Assembly: GCA_963662315.1 (NCBI GenBank)
Contig: OY759353.1
Coordinates: 3,776,001 to 3,840,000 of the forward strand
Source: Geopsychrobacteraceae bacterium
GTDB lineage: Bacteria; Desulfobacterota; Desulfuromonadia; Desulfuromonadales; Geopsychrobacteraceae
Reading direction: 5' to 3'
DNA: 64,000 nt
Shown here: positions 1-9,976 of the stretch, piece after piece
Position numbering within the stretch: position 1 is the first letter of the stretch
How the letters are laid out: each line of letters starts with the position of its first letter
Position numbers and translations under genes: made by a program
The notes under the pieces: model-generated
What the model was told of the DNA's origin: nothing
Seen by the model: only the letters and a program-made list of their open reading frames with translations
The model's database searches: none

Positions 1-69
1 ATTTACCAGAAGGAACTGGATTACGATGTTCTGGATTCTTGTCTTAAGCGCGCTGCTGTCATTCAGTAA
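1..69 (+). CDS. 3' end of an upstream gene (partial), probably the preceding cytochrome gene of the cbc6/ext operon
   Basis: Frame 1 is open from the window edge (IYQKELDYDVLDSCLKRAAVIQ) to TAA at 67-69 and overlaps the next start, as other genes in this operon do. Identity is inferred from gene order only. Confidence 0.45.
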   Translation: MYQKELDYDVLDSCLKRAAVIQ

Positions 70-1252
70 TGCTGCTCTGGCAATTGAGCCTCAGCTGACC
101 GGTGGACATGCTGGTCTCGCCTGTTCCAGTTGTCATGGTGACGGGGTGGTTGATGGCCGTAACCTGTCTTCTGCCGTGAGCAGGGCCCGGGGGTGTACTT
201 CGTGCCACCAGGGTTACGATCGAATCTTTGACCAGGTGATGACCACCCGTGACGCGGAAAAACAATTTTGTAAGCGGAGCTTTGGCAAGGTAGACGCTGA
301 CTTTTTCAGTAATAACTGCAACGCGTGCCATGTCTCTGATTGCCTTGATTGCCACGGCCCCAATGGCCACCAACTGGTAGTGGGGGGGCAGGATAACTGT
401 CTGGCGTGTCATAAATCATACTTTGTCGGTCATGAGTACCTGGGGCTGGCTCCCCGGGAAGACCATCCCCGTTATCAACGGGGTCCAGAAAGTCATGGTG
501 ATCACTATCTGAAAATGCGGCCGGATATTCATTATGAAAATGGGCTGGAGTGTCGAGACTGTCATTCCATGCAGAGTTTTTTTGCTGGGCAAGCGTCAGC
601 AAAAAACTGCCAGGATTGCCATCAGCCTGACATGCGGGTCGTGGAACACCGGATCTCCGCTCATATGGAGAAGCTTGAGTGCTATGCCTGCCACTCCGCC
701 TGGGGGGCACAGGAATATGGTAGTTTCTTTTTACGCTTTAGCAAAGATAAGCAAGATTCTGCTGTGAAGGATTTCAAGGCGCCTTCTTTAAATGGGCCCT
801 ATCTGCAGCGGGCCTACTTGCGTCGGCAGGATGCCCCGCCCTTGGGATATAACCAGCGTGGTAAACTCAGCCCGCTTCGCCCGCAATTTATAAGCTATTA
901 TTCAGACCTGCGCGGTGATGGATTTCCCGTGGATGAAAATCAGTTTATGGTTGCCGAGTGGAAAGCCTTTTTCCCGCATACTGTCCGGCGTGGAAGCGTT
1001 ATGTGTGACAGTTGTCATAACGATGCCCGGCGCTATTTACTTGAAGCCCCTGAAGACAGAATTTATCGTATTGATCTTGACGGTCTTGGTCTGTCGTCGT
1101 TCTGGAACCAGCAGGGGCAGACCCTGATTAATGGATCGTTTGTCAGTTCTGAACAATTTAGCGAACTCACCAAAAAGGATGCGGCCTACACCAGGGCGTA
1201 TGTGGAACGATGGCAGAAACTGATCGGTCACGGCGACGCTTCATCAGAGTGA
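26..1252 (+). CDS. Periplasmic multiheme c-type cytochrome (9 hemes), cbc6/ext-type operon
   Basis: N-terminal signal peptide (..NAALA); nine CxxCH motifs (CSSCH, CTSCH, CNACH, CLDCH, CLACH, CRDCH, CQDCH, CYACH, CDSCH); followed by Rieske and cytochrome b genes. Confidence 0.9.
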   Translation: MFWILVLSALLSFSNAALAIEPQLTGGHAGLACSSCHGDGVVDGRNLSSAVSRARGCTSCHQGYDRIFDQVMTTRDAEKQFCKRSFGKVDADFFSNNCNACHVSDCLDCHGPNGHQLVVGGQDNCLACHKSYFVGHEYLGLAPREDHPRYQRGPESHGDHYLKMRPDIHYENGLECRDCHSMQSFFAGQASAKNCQDCHQPDMRVVEHRISAHMEKLECYACHSAWGAQEYGSFFLRFSKDKQDSAVKDFKAPSLNGPYLQRAYLRRQDAPPLGYNQRGKLSPLRPQFISYYSDLRGDGFPVDENQFMVAEWKAFFPHTVRRGSVMCDSCHNDARRYLLEAPEDRIYRIDLDGLGLSSFWNQQGQTLINGSFVSSEQFSELTKKDAAYTRAYVERWQKLIGHGDASSE

Positions 1253-1605
1253 TGGCTCTGATCGGTGCTTCGGGAGTGTTTTTGTGGCGCTTCCTGGTGC
1301 CCCGCCCCAAGGTTCAGGGGCGTGAACTGCTGGAAATTAAGCGTGATGAAGTCCCGCTGCGCGGCGCCTTGGTCTATAAACGTGCCCGTGTGGTTGTGAT
1401 CAGAAGCGAACAGGAGATCTATGCCTTAAGCCTGGTTTGCCCACATCTGGGATGTACCGTCAACGTGACGGCAGAACAATTGGTCTGTCCTTGCCATGGC
1501 AGCGCCTTTGACCGGGAAGGAAATGTCCTGAAAGGACCATCGCCTAAACCACTGCAGCGTCTTGAAGTGAGGGAACGTGGCGATAAACTGGTGGTGCTGG
1601 TATGA
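1210..1605 (+). CDS. Rieske 2Fe-2S protein of a cytochrome bc/b6f-type complex
   Basis: Tat-like SRRRFI plus TM anchor; CPHLGC and CPCHGS Rieske boxes; GPSP motif. Confidence 0.95.
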   Translation: MAETDRSRRRFIRVMALIGASGVFLWRFLVPRPKVQGRELLEIKRDEVPLRGALVYKRARVVVIRSEQEIYALSLVCPHLGCTVNVTAEQLVCPCHGSAFDREGNVLKGPSPKPLQRLEVRERGDKLVVLV

Positions 1606-2240
1606 AAAGCGAAGATGACTTTGTCAAAGAATTTGTCAAGCACCTGTTCCCGCGGGTGGTGTTGAAGCGCAATCTGACGCTGTCTTATACCTTCTGCCTG
1701 GGAGGTCTTGCTTTTACGGCCATGCTGGTATTAATCGTTTCCGGTATTCTGCTGATGTTCCACTATCAGCCAGATACCGACCGCGCCTTTCTGTCTATTC
1801 TCTATATCGAAAACGACGTGCCAGGGGGGTGGTATATCCGTAACCTGCACCGATTGTCTGCCAACTTTTTCCTGGTTCTGATCTTTCTCCATACACTGCG
1901 GGTGCTGTTGACCGGAGCCTATCGCAAACCGCGTGAGCTGAACTGGGTGATCGGTTTTGGCCTGTTGTGCCTGGCCCTGTTCGAAGGGTATACCGGTTAT
2001 CTGTTACCCATGGATCAACTGGCGCTGTGGGCTACCCAGACGGGCATGAACCTGCTGGCAACGCTTCCATTTGGTGAATTGTTGCGCAGCTTTCTGGTAC
2101 CTGATGATGTCGGCCAGCCCATGTCGCTGATCCGCTTTTACGTGCTGCACATTGCTGTACTTCCGGTGACCATGTTGATCCTGTGCATGCTGCACTTTTA
2201 TCGCATCCGCAAAGACAAAGGAGTTTTGCCATACCTATGA
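1602..2240 (+). CDS. Cytochrome b6-like subunit (N-terminal half of a split cytochrome b)
   Basis: FCLGG, SGILLMFHY, RNLHR, FLHTLR, PRELNW, TGYLLP and RFYVLH motifs; 212 aa; ATGA overlap with the Rieske gene. Confidence 0.93.
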   Translation: MKSEDDFVKEFVKHLFPRVVLKRNLTLSYTFCLGGLAFTAMLVLIVSGILLMFHYQPDTDRAFLSILYIENDVPGGWYIRNLHRLSANFFLVLIFLHTLRVLLTGAYRKPRELNWVIGFGLLCLALFEGYTGYLLPMDQLALWATQTGMNLLATLPFGELLRSFLVPDDVGQPMSLIRFYVLHIAVLPVTMLILCMLHFYRIRKDKGVLPYL

Positions 2241-2644
2241 ACGACTATGTCAAATCCTCCCCTTATTTTTTCCGGATCATCAAGATTTCCTTTGCCCTGC
2301 TTGTGGTGATTTTGCTGCTGCTGGCCTTTTTCATCGATGCTCCCCTGCAGGGCCCTGCTGATATCAGCCGGGTGCCGAATCCGTCCAAGTCCGCCTGGTT
2401 TTTGATGTGGACCCAGGAGCTGGTCAGCTACTCGAGTCTGATGGTTTATTTGATCCTTGCTATCGGTTTACTGTTTCTCTGCTTGCCCTGGTTGCCTGTG
2501 AGTAAAACGGCAGAGGCGGCCAGCTGGTTTAGCCGGGAGCAGAAAAGTGTCAATATTATTGTCGTACTGACTTTTGTGGCGATTGTGCTGCTGACGGTCA
2601 TCGCAGTTTATTTTCGGGGCGAAAATTGGGCGCTCGTATTCTGA
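2237..2644 (+). CDS. Cytochrome b6 subunit IV-like membrane protein
   Basis: Start moved to ATG 2237 (ATGA overlap with the cyt b stop); three TM helices; PAD...PNPSKSAWFL at the PEWY position; LPWL motif. Confidence 0.8.
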   Translation: MNDYVKSSPYFFRIIKISFALLVVILLLLAFFIDAPLQGPADISRVPNPSKSAWFLMWTQELVSYSSLMVYLILAIGLLFLCLPWLPVSKTAEAASWFSREQKSVNIIVVLTFVAIVLLTVIAVYFRGENWALVF

Positions 2645-3456
2645 TTATAGCGGCTCTCTGGCTTGTTATTGCCGCTACGACAGGCGCACAAGAGCGCAAT
2701 GACTGCCTTGCCTGCCATCCTGTCCATTATGTTGAACAGGGGCGCTGTGTCACCTGCCATCGCGGCTTTGCCGGGACCAGGCGCATCAACATCGCTCATG
2801 AGGGGTTGATTGCCGGGCGCTTTGCCGCTTTTACGCTAGCCGGGAGCGAGGTTGTCGAAGAAGGGACGCAACTGCTGAAACAGTACGCCTGTCGACGCTG
2901 TCACATCAGTCAGGACCTGGGCAATCGTCTGGCTGCAAATCTTGACCTGTCCCAGCAGCAGAGAACCCCTGAAGAGTTGGATGAGAGTATTCGCAATCCG
3001 GTCCTTTTTATGCCGCAGTTTCATTTTTATGCAAAACAGCGCATCGCTCTGGTCAACGCGATACTGTGGGGGGGACGTCAGGTGGAGATTCCCGAACAGG
3101 AGCCGCCCCTGGTGGTTCATTTTGAAGGGGAGACAACAACCCGGGAATTTGCTTTTGAGAAGTATTGCGGCAAATGCCACCGTGCGCTGACCGAAAAATA
3201 CGGTGGTTTGGGTGCAAGCCTGACCGGGCCCAACTTGTCGGGCCTGTTCAGCGAGTTTTATCCGACCAGCTTCGGTGAGGATAACCAACCCTGGACCCCT
3301 GAGAACCTCAAGAAATGGATCAAAAATCCGCGCAGCGTCAACAACTTTGCCCGTATGCCGCCGCTGGTGGTTAATGATGCTGAAATTGACCGCATTACTC
3401 AGGAATTGCAGGTCAAGGCGTCAACTCCTGCGGTGCGGGCCGCTCACCTGCAGTAG
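2626..3456 (+). CDS. c-type cytochrome with 4 heme motifs, last gene of the cbc6/ext-type operon
   Basis: Hydrophobic N-terminus; CLACH, CVTCH, CRRCH, CGKCH; class I features GPNL, WIKNP and MP. Confidence 0.88.
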   Translation: MGARILIIAALWLVIAATTGAQERNDCLACHPVHYVEQGRCVTCHRGFAGTRRINIAHEGLIAGRFAAFTLAGSEVVEEGTQLLKQYACRRCHISQDLGNRLAANLDLSQQQRTPEELDESIRNPVLFMPQFHFYAKQRIALVNAILWGGRQVEIPEQEPPLVVHFEGETTTREFAFEKYCGKCHRALTEKYGGLGASLTGPNLSGLFSEFYPTSFGEDNQPWTPENLKKWIKNPRSVNNFARMPPLVVNDAEIDRITQELQVKASTPAVRAAHLQ

Positions 3457-3458
3457 CT

Positions 3459-4148
3459 CTATTCTCTGGTCTCTCCTCCCCATGCCTCCAGGCCCCAGGA
3501 TCTGAATCGCGGTAACCATGAAGAAGGAGTCTTTGGTGTCGTGGGTTGTGCAGGTCCTTTTTTGTTCGTTTGTAGCGTTTTTCGTGTGTCCTTTTGCGCA
3601 GGAGGAAATTCGACCGCCTCTGCTGTGGAATCCGTGTTGACTGTTGCTTGCAAAGACGCTTTGGGTTTTTCAGTTGTGGCTGGCAGCGTGGGGCTGTCAT
3701 CAGTACTGATTGGTTCCGAGCAAGTTGTCAATGTTGCAAATATTTCACGGATGGCGAAAGCGGGATCAGGCTTGTCCTCGCCCTGAGGAAACACGTAATC
3801 CACCTGGTTTATGGGGGCGTTTGATCTAGAGGGATAAAAGTCCAGGTGCAGGCGCCGTAATCTTTGGACCCTTTGACTCTCCTGGGTTAAATCTTCTCTC
3901 ACCTCAGGGGTGTAAGTGATAAGCAAGTCCGGCTGAGCAGGGTTTTCTGGACTGGTTATGCCCAGGGAAGTTAATTCCTGACGAATCAGTTCGCCGAAAT
4001 GCCACTGGTCCGGTTGAGTCGTTTTGACTGTAGCAAAACGGACCTTCTGCCAATTGATGTTTTCTGTACGATGGATTGACGTTGCCGAGCAGCCGAGCAG
4101 GGTGATGAGAAATAAACTACAACTGGCCAAGGCAGTCTGTTTCTTCAT
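3459..4148 (-). CDS. Putative lipoprotein with a disordered Pro/Thr/Lys-rich C-terminal tail
   Basis: MKK + hydrophobic stretch + LLGC lipobox; GGAG SD upstream. Confidence 0.75.
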   Translation of the reverse strand: MKKQTALASCSLFLITLLGCSATSIHRTENINWQKVRFATVKTTQPDQWHFGELIRQELTSLGITSPENPAQPDLLITYTPEVREDLTQESQRVQRLRRLHLDFYPSRSNAPINQVDYVFPQGEDKPDPAFAIREIFATLTTCSEPISTDDSPTLPATTEKPKASLQATVNTDSTAEAVEFPPAQKDTRKTLQTNKKGPAQPTTPKTPSSWLPRFRSWGLEAWGGETRE

Positions 4149-4373
4149 GGCATCTCCGATTATTCAGAGGGAACAGGAGTCATTCATGGTCAGGAGCAAA
4201 CGCTGTGCCGTGGCACTCACAGCATCATAAATTGATCCGGCGGGGAATGCTATGATTCTGATAGTTTCTCTGTGTTTTTAATCATTTTTTGCTATGATGC
4301 CAACAGTGTAGTCTGTTTTATTGTGGATGGCGAGGAAAACACATTTCTTCTTTTACATGACATGTAAATCTCT

Positions 4374-5804
4374 ATGAATAATTTACCGGATAATAGTATT
4401 CAACATTTGCCAGCTGTCGCTCCGGACCTGTTGCTGGTGCGCTGGGGGAGTGGTGACTGGCAGATCCAGAGAGTCTCCGAGCGTCTTGCTGTCTGGCTGA
4501 AGACAGATCCGCGTGATGCCCGGGGACGCCTGGTGGACGGACTATTTCCTGATGCCGTTCCGGCTTTAAGTGAGTTAGTAAGCGAGGTTATAGCTCAGGG
4601 GCAGGACCTGCTTGGCATCAAGGTCCGCTTAGTGCCTGACCAGCCTGGCTTTGTTGCGGACATCCAGTTTGCCGGGTTGACTGAAGATTATCTGGGACAA
4701 CTGGTGCGCGTCAGTTTGCGTACTGAAACGTTGGCCAGCAAGCAGGAAACCGGTTTCCGTAATCTTATCGGCATCAGCCCTGCCATGCGTGAAGTGTTTC
4801 GCAAAATCAGGCTTTATGCCGCTTCGGATGCGGCCGTCATCATTACCGGTGAAACCGGGGCCGGGAAAGAACTGGTTGCCCAGGCGCTGCATGAAGAAAG
4901 TCCCCGCGCCAATAAACCTTTTGCGGCGCTCAACTGCGCCGCGATCAGTGAACAGTTGCTAGAGTCGGAACTGTTTGGCCACGACAAAGGAGCTTTTACA
5001 GGTGCTTTGCGTGATCACCGGGGTTATTTTGAACGGGCCGACGGCGGCTCATTGTTCCTTGACGAACTGGGCGATATGCCCCTCCATACGCAGACCAAGC
5101 TGCTGCGGGTTCTGGAAGACGGCAAGGTTCAGCGGGTTGGCAGTGAAAGGAGCCACCAGGTTGACGTGCGCTTTATTGGTGCCACCAATGTGCCGCTGGA
5201 GCAGGCGGTAGCTGAAAACCGGTTTCGTGCTGACCTTTATCATCGTCTTGCTGTCCTGCGCATTCATCTGCCCCCTCTGCGCGAACGGCATGAAGACATT
5301 CCGTTGCTGGCCAACATGTTTCTCAAGCGCTTTAATGATCGCTATGGAAAAGGGGCCAAGCGCCTGACCAGCGAAGCGATCCGCCTGTTGCAGTCGTATA
5401 TGTGGCCCGGTAATGTGCGTGAACTGCGTAATGTTATTGAGCGCGTGGTTGTCGAAACCGAAGCCGAGGCCATCAGCGCCAAAGCCTTTACAGAGTGGAT
5501 TCGCGAGCGCCAGCAGTTCGCTACAATGAACAGTCCTCAAACAGGGGCGGCAGATTATCGCAGTCTGCCCGTTGCAATGCCCTACGCAGGGCATGATGCC
5601 GCTCCGGTTTATCATAGTGAAGCGGTCCCTGTGCAGGAGCGCGGAGCCAAGCGGAAATCAGCGTTGAGCGAAGAGACGATTCGCCGCGCTTATGTACAGG
5701 CGGATGGTAATATATCCGAGGCTGCCCGGCTGCTTGGTATCCACCGGGCGACGCTCTATCGTCATCTTCAGCGTCTTAACATTGATCGCACCGACCTCGA
5801 CTGA
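4374..5804 (+). CDS. Sigma54-dependent transcriptional activator (bEBP) with a PAS-like N-terminus
   Basis: GETGAGKE Walker A, ESELFGH, GAFTGA, LFLDE Walker B, WPGNVREL, C-terminal Fis-type HTH; no receiver domain. Confidence 0.95.
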   Translation: MNNLPDNSIQHLPAVAPDLLLVRWGSGDWQIQRVSERLAVWLKTDPRDARGRLVDGLFPDAVPALSELVSEVIAQGQDLLGIKVRLVPDQPGFVADIQFAGLTEDYLGQLVRVSLRTETLASKQETGFRNLIGISPAMREVFRKIRLYAASDAAVIITGETGAGKELVAQALHEESPRANKPFAALNCAAISEQLLESELFGHDKGAFTGALRDHRGYFERADGGSLFLDELGDMPLHTQTKLLRVLEDGKVQRVGSERSHQVDVRFIGATNVPLEQAVAENRFRADLYHRLAVLRIHLPPLRERHEDIPLLANMFLKRFNDRYGKGAKRLTSEAIRLLQSYMWPGNVRELRNVIERVVVETEAEAISAKAFTEWIRERQQFATMNSPQTGAADYRSLPVAMPYAGHDAAPVYHSEAVPVQERGAKRKSALSEETIRRAYVQADGNISEAARLLGIHRATLYRHLQRLNIDRTDLD

Positions 5805-5819
5805 CTGGTACGCCTTTGT

Positions 5820-5875
5820 TGCGACGTTGCAGCTGTCGCAGGACTTAAAAGCTGCGTCACCCTTTGCAACGTCGC
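5820..5875. promoter_or_regulatory. Candidate upstream activating sequence for the adjacent bEBP
   Basis: Perfect 11-bp inverted repeat GCGACGTTGCA (5821-5831)/TGCAACGTCGC (5865-5875), plus TGCGAC-N9-GTCGCA (5820-5840), about 75-130 bp upstream of a -24/-12 element. Confidence 0.6.
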
Positions 5876-5946
5876 TAAGATCATACCCTCCTCTGCCTCA
5901 TCTTCTAACTATCTAAAACTAGGTGTCTTTTGGCCCATCCTGAAAG

Positions 5947-5963
5947 TTGGCATCCCCTTTGAA
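5947..5963 (+). promoter_or_regulatory. Sigma54 (-24/-12) promoter of the hsp20 genes
   Basis: TTGGCATCCCCTTTGAA: GG at 5949-5950, 10-nt spacer, GA (instead of GC) at 5961-5962; directly downstream of a bEBP gene. Confidence 0.65.
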
Positions 5964-6019
5964 TTATGGTTAAGCCGTAAGCTTGATAAAAAACCAAAAC
6001 CAAAACAGGAGGACATATC

Positions 6020-6448
6020 ATGTTTGGATTCCAATTTGTAAACGATGCTCAGACAATTCAACGCGAGATGGACCAGCTCTTTCGTCATTTCGGTTTTAAC
6101 GAAGCGGTTGCCAAGGCTGCCCCAAGAATTGCCTTTAAGGTGACCGATCAGGGGGAGGCTTTTCAGGTTGAAGCTGTTGCCCCAGGTATTGACGCCGAGA
6201 AACTGAGTATTGACGTGATTGGGCGCAAAATTAAAATCGCTGGTGAATTCAAGGCTGAAGAGCACAAAGAGGATGTGCGCTGGTATCGTAATGAGCGCCG
6301 CAAAGGATCGTTTGAAAAAATATTTGCTCTGCCGGCAGATATTGATATCGAAAAGGTTGAAGCTGAATACAAACTGGGGATTTTGAAAATCAATCTTCCC
6401 AAAGCGCAAAGTGCTTTACCGAAGAAAATCGCGGTCAATGCGGCCTGA
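6020..6448 (+). CDS. Small heat-shock protein (Hsp20/alpha-crystallin)
   Basis: APGI, ERRKGSF, AEYKLGIL, C-terminal I-A-V motif; AGGAGG SD. Confidence 0.93.
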   Translation: MFGFQFVNDAQTIQREMDQLFRHFGFNEAVAKAAPRIAFKVTDQGEAFQVEAVAPGIDAEKLSIDVIGRKIKIAGEFKAEEHKEDVRWYRNERRKGSFEKIFALPADIDIEKVEAEYKLGILKINLPKAQSALPKKIAVNAA

Positions 6449-6523
6449 TAAGAGCGGTATCACAGTGACGGGTGAACTCTTTTAAACGACAGCAAAATAA
6501 TCATTATTTTGAGGAGATAGACT

Positions 6524-6892
6524 ATGAGCGACAAAGAACTGATGACCCAGAATGTCCAGGATGTTGAACACGTTAACCAGGCTCACCCCCTTCATTGGGC
6601 GACACCGGCTGTCGATATTTACGAAACCGTTGAGGAGCTTGTCATCCAGGCCGATCTGCCGGGCATTCTTGATAACGGTTTGAAGATCGAGGTAAACAAC
6701 GGCATTCTGACTCTGGAAGCGACTCAGGCCGAAGCTGACCAGAATTACGGTTTCTATCGCCAGTTCAAAATTTCTGAACATGTCAACGCGGACGCAGCAG
6801 ATGCTGCTCTGAAAGATGGTGTATTAACCTTGAAGCTCCCAAAGAGTGAGGCGGCCAAACCGAAACGCATAGAAGTAAAGACGCTGCACTAA
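6524..6892 (+). CDS. Second small heat-shock protein (Hsp20)
   Basis: PAVDIYE, ADLPG, LKDGVLTLKLPK, KPKRIEV; GAGGAG SD. Confidence 0.93.
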   Translation: MSDKELMTQNVQDVEHVNQAHPLHWATPAVDIYETVEELVIQADLPGILDNGLKIEVNNGILTLEATQAEADQNYGFYRQFKISEHVNADAADAALKDGVLTLKLPKSEAAKPKRIEVKTLH

Positions 6893-6900
6893 CTTTTGCC

Positions 6901-6929
6901 AGCCAGGGTCTTTAGGCCCTGGCTTTTTT
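6901..6929 (+). terminator. Intrinsic terminator after the hsp20 pair
   Basis: AGCCAGGGTC-TTTA-GGCCCTGGCT stem followed by a T run. Confidence 0.85.
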
Positions 6930-7021
6930 GCGCAAGGCGGCAAGAAAGTCGCTATACTAAAGTAGGTTGATTTATAAAAGGAAGCATTTTGCTGTCTCAA
7001 TTCAATCTGTTGATGACGGTC

Positions 7022-7126
7022 CGAACTTAGAACCTCCCATTTCCAGGGACGCATGAACCCATCCCTGGGGCTTGGCTGTCGCCATCCGGAAGACAGACAC
7101 CCTTCCAATGGGAAATTCTAAGTCCG
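7022..7126 (-). repeat. Structured palindromic element (interspersed REP/MITE-like repeat or ncRNA)
   Basis: 20-bp terminal arms (17/20 complementary; the 3 mismatches become G-U pairs on the minus strand) enclosing hairpins CCAGGGA/TCCCTGG and CTGTC/GACAG. Confidence 0.55.
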
Positions 7127-7223
7127 TTCTGAAACTTTGGTGAAGTGAACTGGTTGTCTAGAAGAACTCATAAAGAAAAAACAATTTGCTGATAATAAAT
7201 TGATGTAGCAGGAGTGATAAGTC

Positions 7224-9836
7224 ATGGATATGAATAAAATGACCCAGAAGGTTCAGGATGCATTGCAGGCCGCGCAGGCAGAAGCGTTGCGGTTTGGTCA
7301 TGCTGAAATTGATGGCGAGCACGTGCTGTTGGCGTTATGCGAACAGCAGGATGGCCTGATTCCACGCCTGTTGCAGAAGATGGATGCCAATGTTCAGGAA
7401 CTGACCGCTGCGCTGCGTAAAGATATTGAAGGTCGTCCCCGTGTTGGCGGTCCGGGAGCCAACAGCAGTCAGCTCTATGCCAGCAGGCGCTTAAGTAACC
7501 TGCTGTTGCAGGCCCAGACCGAAGCCGGGCAGTTAAAAGATGAATATATCAGTGTTGAGCACATTCTGTTAGCGGTCGTCAGCGAAGGCGAACGGACCGT
7601 TGCCGGGCGTCTGCTTAATAAGCAACGGGTTAATCGTGACAAGTTACTGCAGGCCCTTAACCAGGTGCGTGGCAGTCAGCGAGTGACCAGTCAGGACCCG
7701 GAAGCAACCTATGAAGCTCTGGAAAAATATGGGCGGGATCTGGTTGAAGCCGTTAAAAAAGGCAAGCTTGATCCGGTTATTGGGCGTGATGAAGAAATTC
7801 GCCGGGTGATCCGGATTCTGTCACGCAAAACCAAAAATAATCCGGTTCTGATCGGTGAACCCGGGGTTGGTAAGACGGCCATTGTCGAAGGTTTGGCCCA
7901 TCGGATCGTGCGGGGTGATGTTCCCGAAGGCTTGAAAGGGAAGACGGTTTATTCCCTCGACATGGGCGCTCTGGTTGCTGGAGCCAAGTATCGCGGTGAG
8001 TTTGAGGAACGTCTGAAAGCTGTGCTGAAAGAGATCCATGACAGCAACGGACGGATCCTCCTTTTTATTGATGAGCTGCATACCATTGTCGGGACCGGGA
8101 AAAGTGAAGGCGCCATCGATGCCGGTAATATGCTCAAGCCGATGCTGGCCCGTGGCGAGCTGCATTGTATCGGTGCGACGACCCTCGATGAATATCGTCA
8201 ATATCTCGAGAAAGATCCGGCTCTGGAGCGACGTTTTCAACCGGTTTTGGTCCAGCAGCCCAATGTTGAAGCGACAATCAGCATTCTGCGGGGTTTGAAG
8301 GAACGCTTCGAGGTTTATCACGGAGTGCGCATTCATGATAACGCTCTGGTGGCGGCAGCTGAGCTGAGTCATCGCTATATTGCCGACCGCTTTTTGCCTG
8401 ATAAAGCGATCGACCTGGTTGATGAGGCCTGTGCAACAATTCGGACTGAGATTGATTCGATGCCGGCGGAACTTGATGCCGCAACCAGACGTCTTGTTCA
8501 GCTGGAAATTGAAGAAGCGGCTCTAAAAAAAGAGACAGACCCGGCCAGCATGGAGCGGCTGGCAACCTTACAGAAGGAGTTGGCGGATTTAAAAACAACA
8601 GAGCAGACGCTGGCGGCCCAATGGCAATTGGAAAAAGGAGGGATCAAGAGTGTTCAGAACTTACGTGAAGAGATTGAACAATTACGCCTCGAAGTGGAAA
8701 AAGCCGAACGTAACTATGATCTCAACCGTGCCGCGGAATTAAAATACGGGCGGCTTCCGGAGCTGGAAAAACAGCTGGCAAGTGAAGAAGGTAAGCTGGA
8801 AAGTACTGACAATCAGGCAAAAATGCTGCGGGAAGAGGTGACAGAAGATGAAATTGCCGAAATTATTTCACGCTGGACCGGTATTCCGATTACCCGTCTG
8901 GTGGAAAGTGAGCGGGATAAACTGCTGCGCCTTGATAAAATACTACATCAGCGGGTGATTGGGCAGGACGAGGCAGTACAACGGGTTGCCGATGCGGTTA
9001 TCCGGGCGCGGGCCGGCATCAAGGATCCGCGGCGGCCGATCGGTTCGTTTATTTTCCTGGGTCCGACCGGGGTTGGTAAAACCGAACTGGCACGCACTCT
9101 GGCTGAAGCCTTGTTCGACAGTGAAGATAACATTATCCGCATCGATATGTCGGAATATATGGAAAAGCACGCCGTCAGTCGTCTGTTGGGCGCGCCTCCC
9201 GGATATGTGGGGTACGAGGAGGGTGGCCAGTTAACGGAAGCGGTCAGACGCCGCCCCTATTCGGTCATTCTTTTTGATGAGATCGAAAAGGCCCATCCGG
9301 ATGTATTTAATGTGCTGCTGCAGATTCTTGATGATGGGCGGGCAACCGATGCCAAAGGGCGTACGGTTAATTTTAAAAATGCCGTTATCATTATGACGTC
9401 GAACATTGCTTCTCAGTATCTTCTTGAAGGCATTAGGGATGGGGAAATTCCCGAGGCGGTTCAGCGGCAGGTTGAGCAGGCTCTGCGGCAGAGTTTCAGG
9501 CCAGAGTTTCTTAATCGGGTCGATGATATTGTGATTTTTAAACCTCTGACGAAAGATGAAATACGTAAAATCGTACTGTTGTTGATCGACGAGTTACGCA
9601 AGCGGATAGCTGAACAGCGTCTGAAGCTTGAGTTGACCGATGCTGCTTGCGATTATATTGCCGAAAGTGCTTATGATCCGGTTTTTGGTGCCCGGCCATT
9701 AAAACGTTTTATTCAGCGCGAGCTGGAAACCAGAGTGGGGCGCGCGCTCATTGCCGGAGATGCTGTTGCTGGCAGCAAAGTCATCGTTGATCGTGACGCG
9801 TCTGGGCTGACCGTGTCTATCGCTGAAAAAGGATAA
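7224..9836 (+). CDS. clpB: ATP-dependent disaggregase ClpB
   Basis: 870 aa; Clp N-domain, GEPGVGKT and GPTGVGKT Walker A motifs, long coiled-coil middle domain, GYVG pore loop. Confidence 0.97.
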   Translation: MDMNKMTQKVQDALQAAQAEALRFGHAEIDGEHVLLALCEQQDGLIPRLLQKMDANVQELTAALRKDIEGRPRVGGPGANSSQLYASRRLSNLLLQAQTEAGQLKDEYISVEHILLAVVSEGERTVAGRLLNKQRVNRDKLLQALNQVRGSQRVTSQDPEATYEALEKYGRDLVEAVKKGKLDPVIGRDEEIRRVIRILSRKTKNNPVLIGEPGVGKTAIVEGLAHRIVRGDVPEGLKGKTVYSLDMGALVAGAKYRGEFEERLKAVLKEIHDSNGRILLFIDELHTIVGTGKSEGAIDAGNMLKPMLARGELHCIGATTLDEYRQYLEKDPALERRFQPVLVQQPNVEATISILRGLKERFEVYHGVRIHDNALVAAAELSHRYIADRFLPDKAIDLVDEACATIRTEIDSMPAELDAATRRLVQLEIEEAALKKETDPASMERLATLQKELADLKTTEQTLAAQWQLEKGGIKSVQNLREEIEQLRLEVEKAERNYDLNRAAELKYGRLPELEKQLASEEGKLESTDNQAKMLREEVTEDEIAEIISRWTGIPITRLVESERDKLLRLDKILHQRVIGQDEAVQRVADAVIRARAGIKDPRRPIGSFIFLGPTGVGKTELARTLAEALFDSEDNIIRIDMSEYMEKHAVSRLLGAPPGYVGYEEGGQLTEAVRRRPYSVILFDEIEKAHPDVFNVLLQILDDGRATDAKGRTVNFKNAVIIMTSNIASQYLLEGIRDGEIPEAVQRQVEQALRQSFRPEFLNRVDDIVIFKPLTKDEIRKIVLLLIDELRKRIAEQRLKLELTDAACDYIAESAYDPVFGARPLKRFIQRELETRVGRALIAGDAVAGSKVIVDRDASGLTVSIAEKG

Positions 9837-9891
9837 TGAAAATAGATAGATGGTGAGAAAGAAAAAATATTACTAAAATGGTCGAATTTTC

Positions 9892-9919
9892 TTGCCAAGA
9901 CGAATTTTGGCCCTATAAT
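9892..9919 (+). promoter_or_regulatory. Sigma70-type promoter
   Basis: TTGCCA-N16-TATAAT upstream of the 9977 ORF. Confidence 0.5.
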
Positions 9920-9976
9920 TAACTCAAAAGGTAATAATTAGATCTTAAACCTCGATATATCTCGTGGAGGGACACT

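Noticed and set aside
7000..7140. 6S RNA or sigma32 promoter upstream of clpB
   Set aside because: The fold is a branched multiloop, not a rod with a central bubble, and CCCAT has no properly spaced CTTGAA. Kept only as a structured element.
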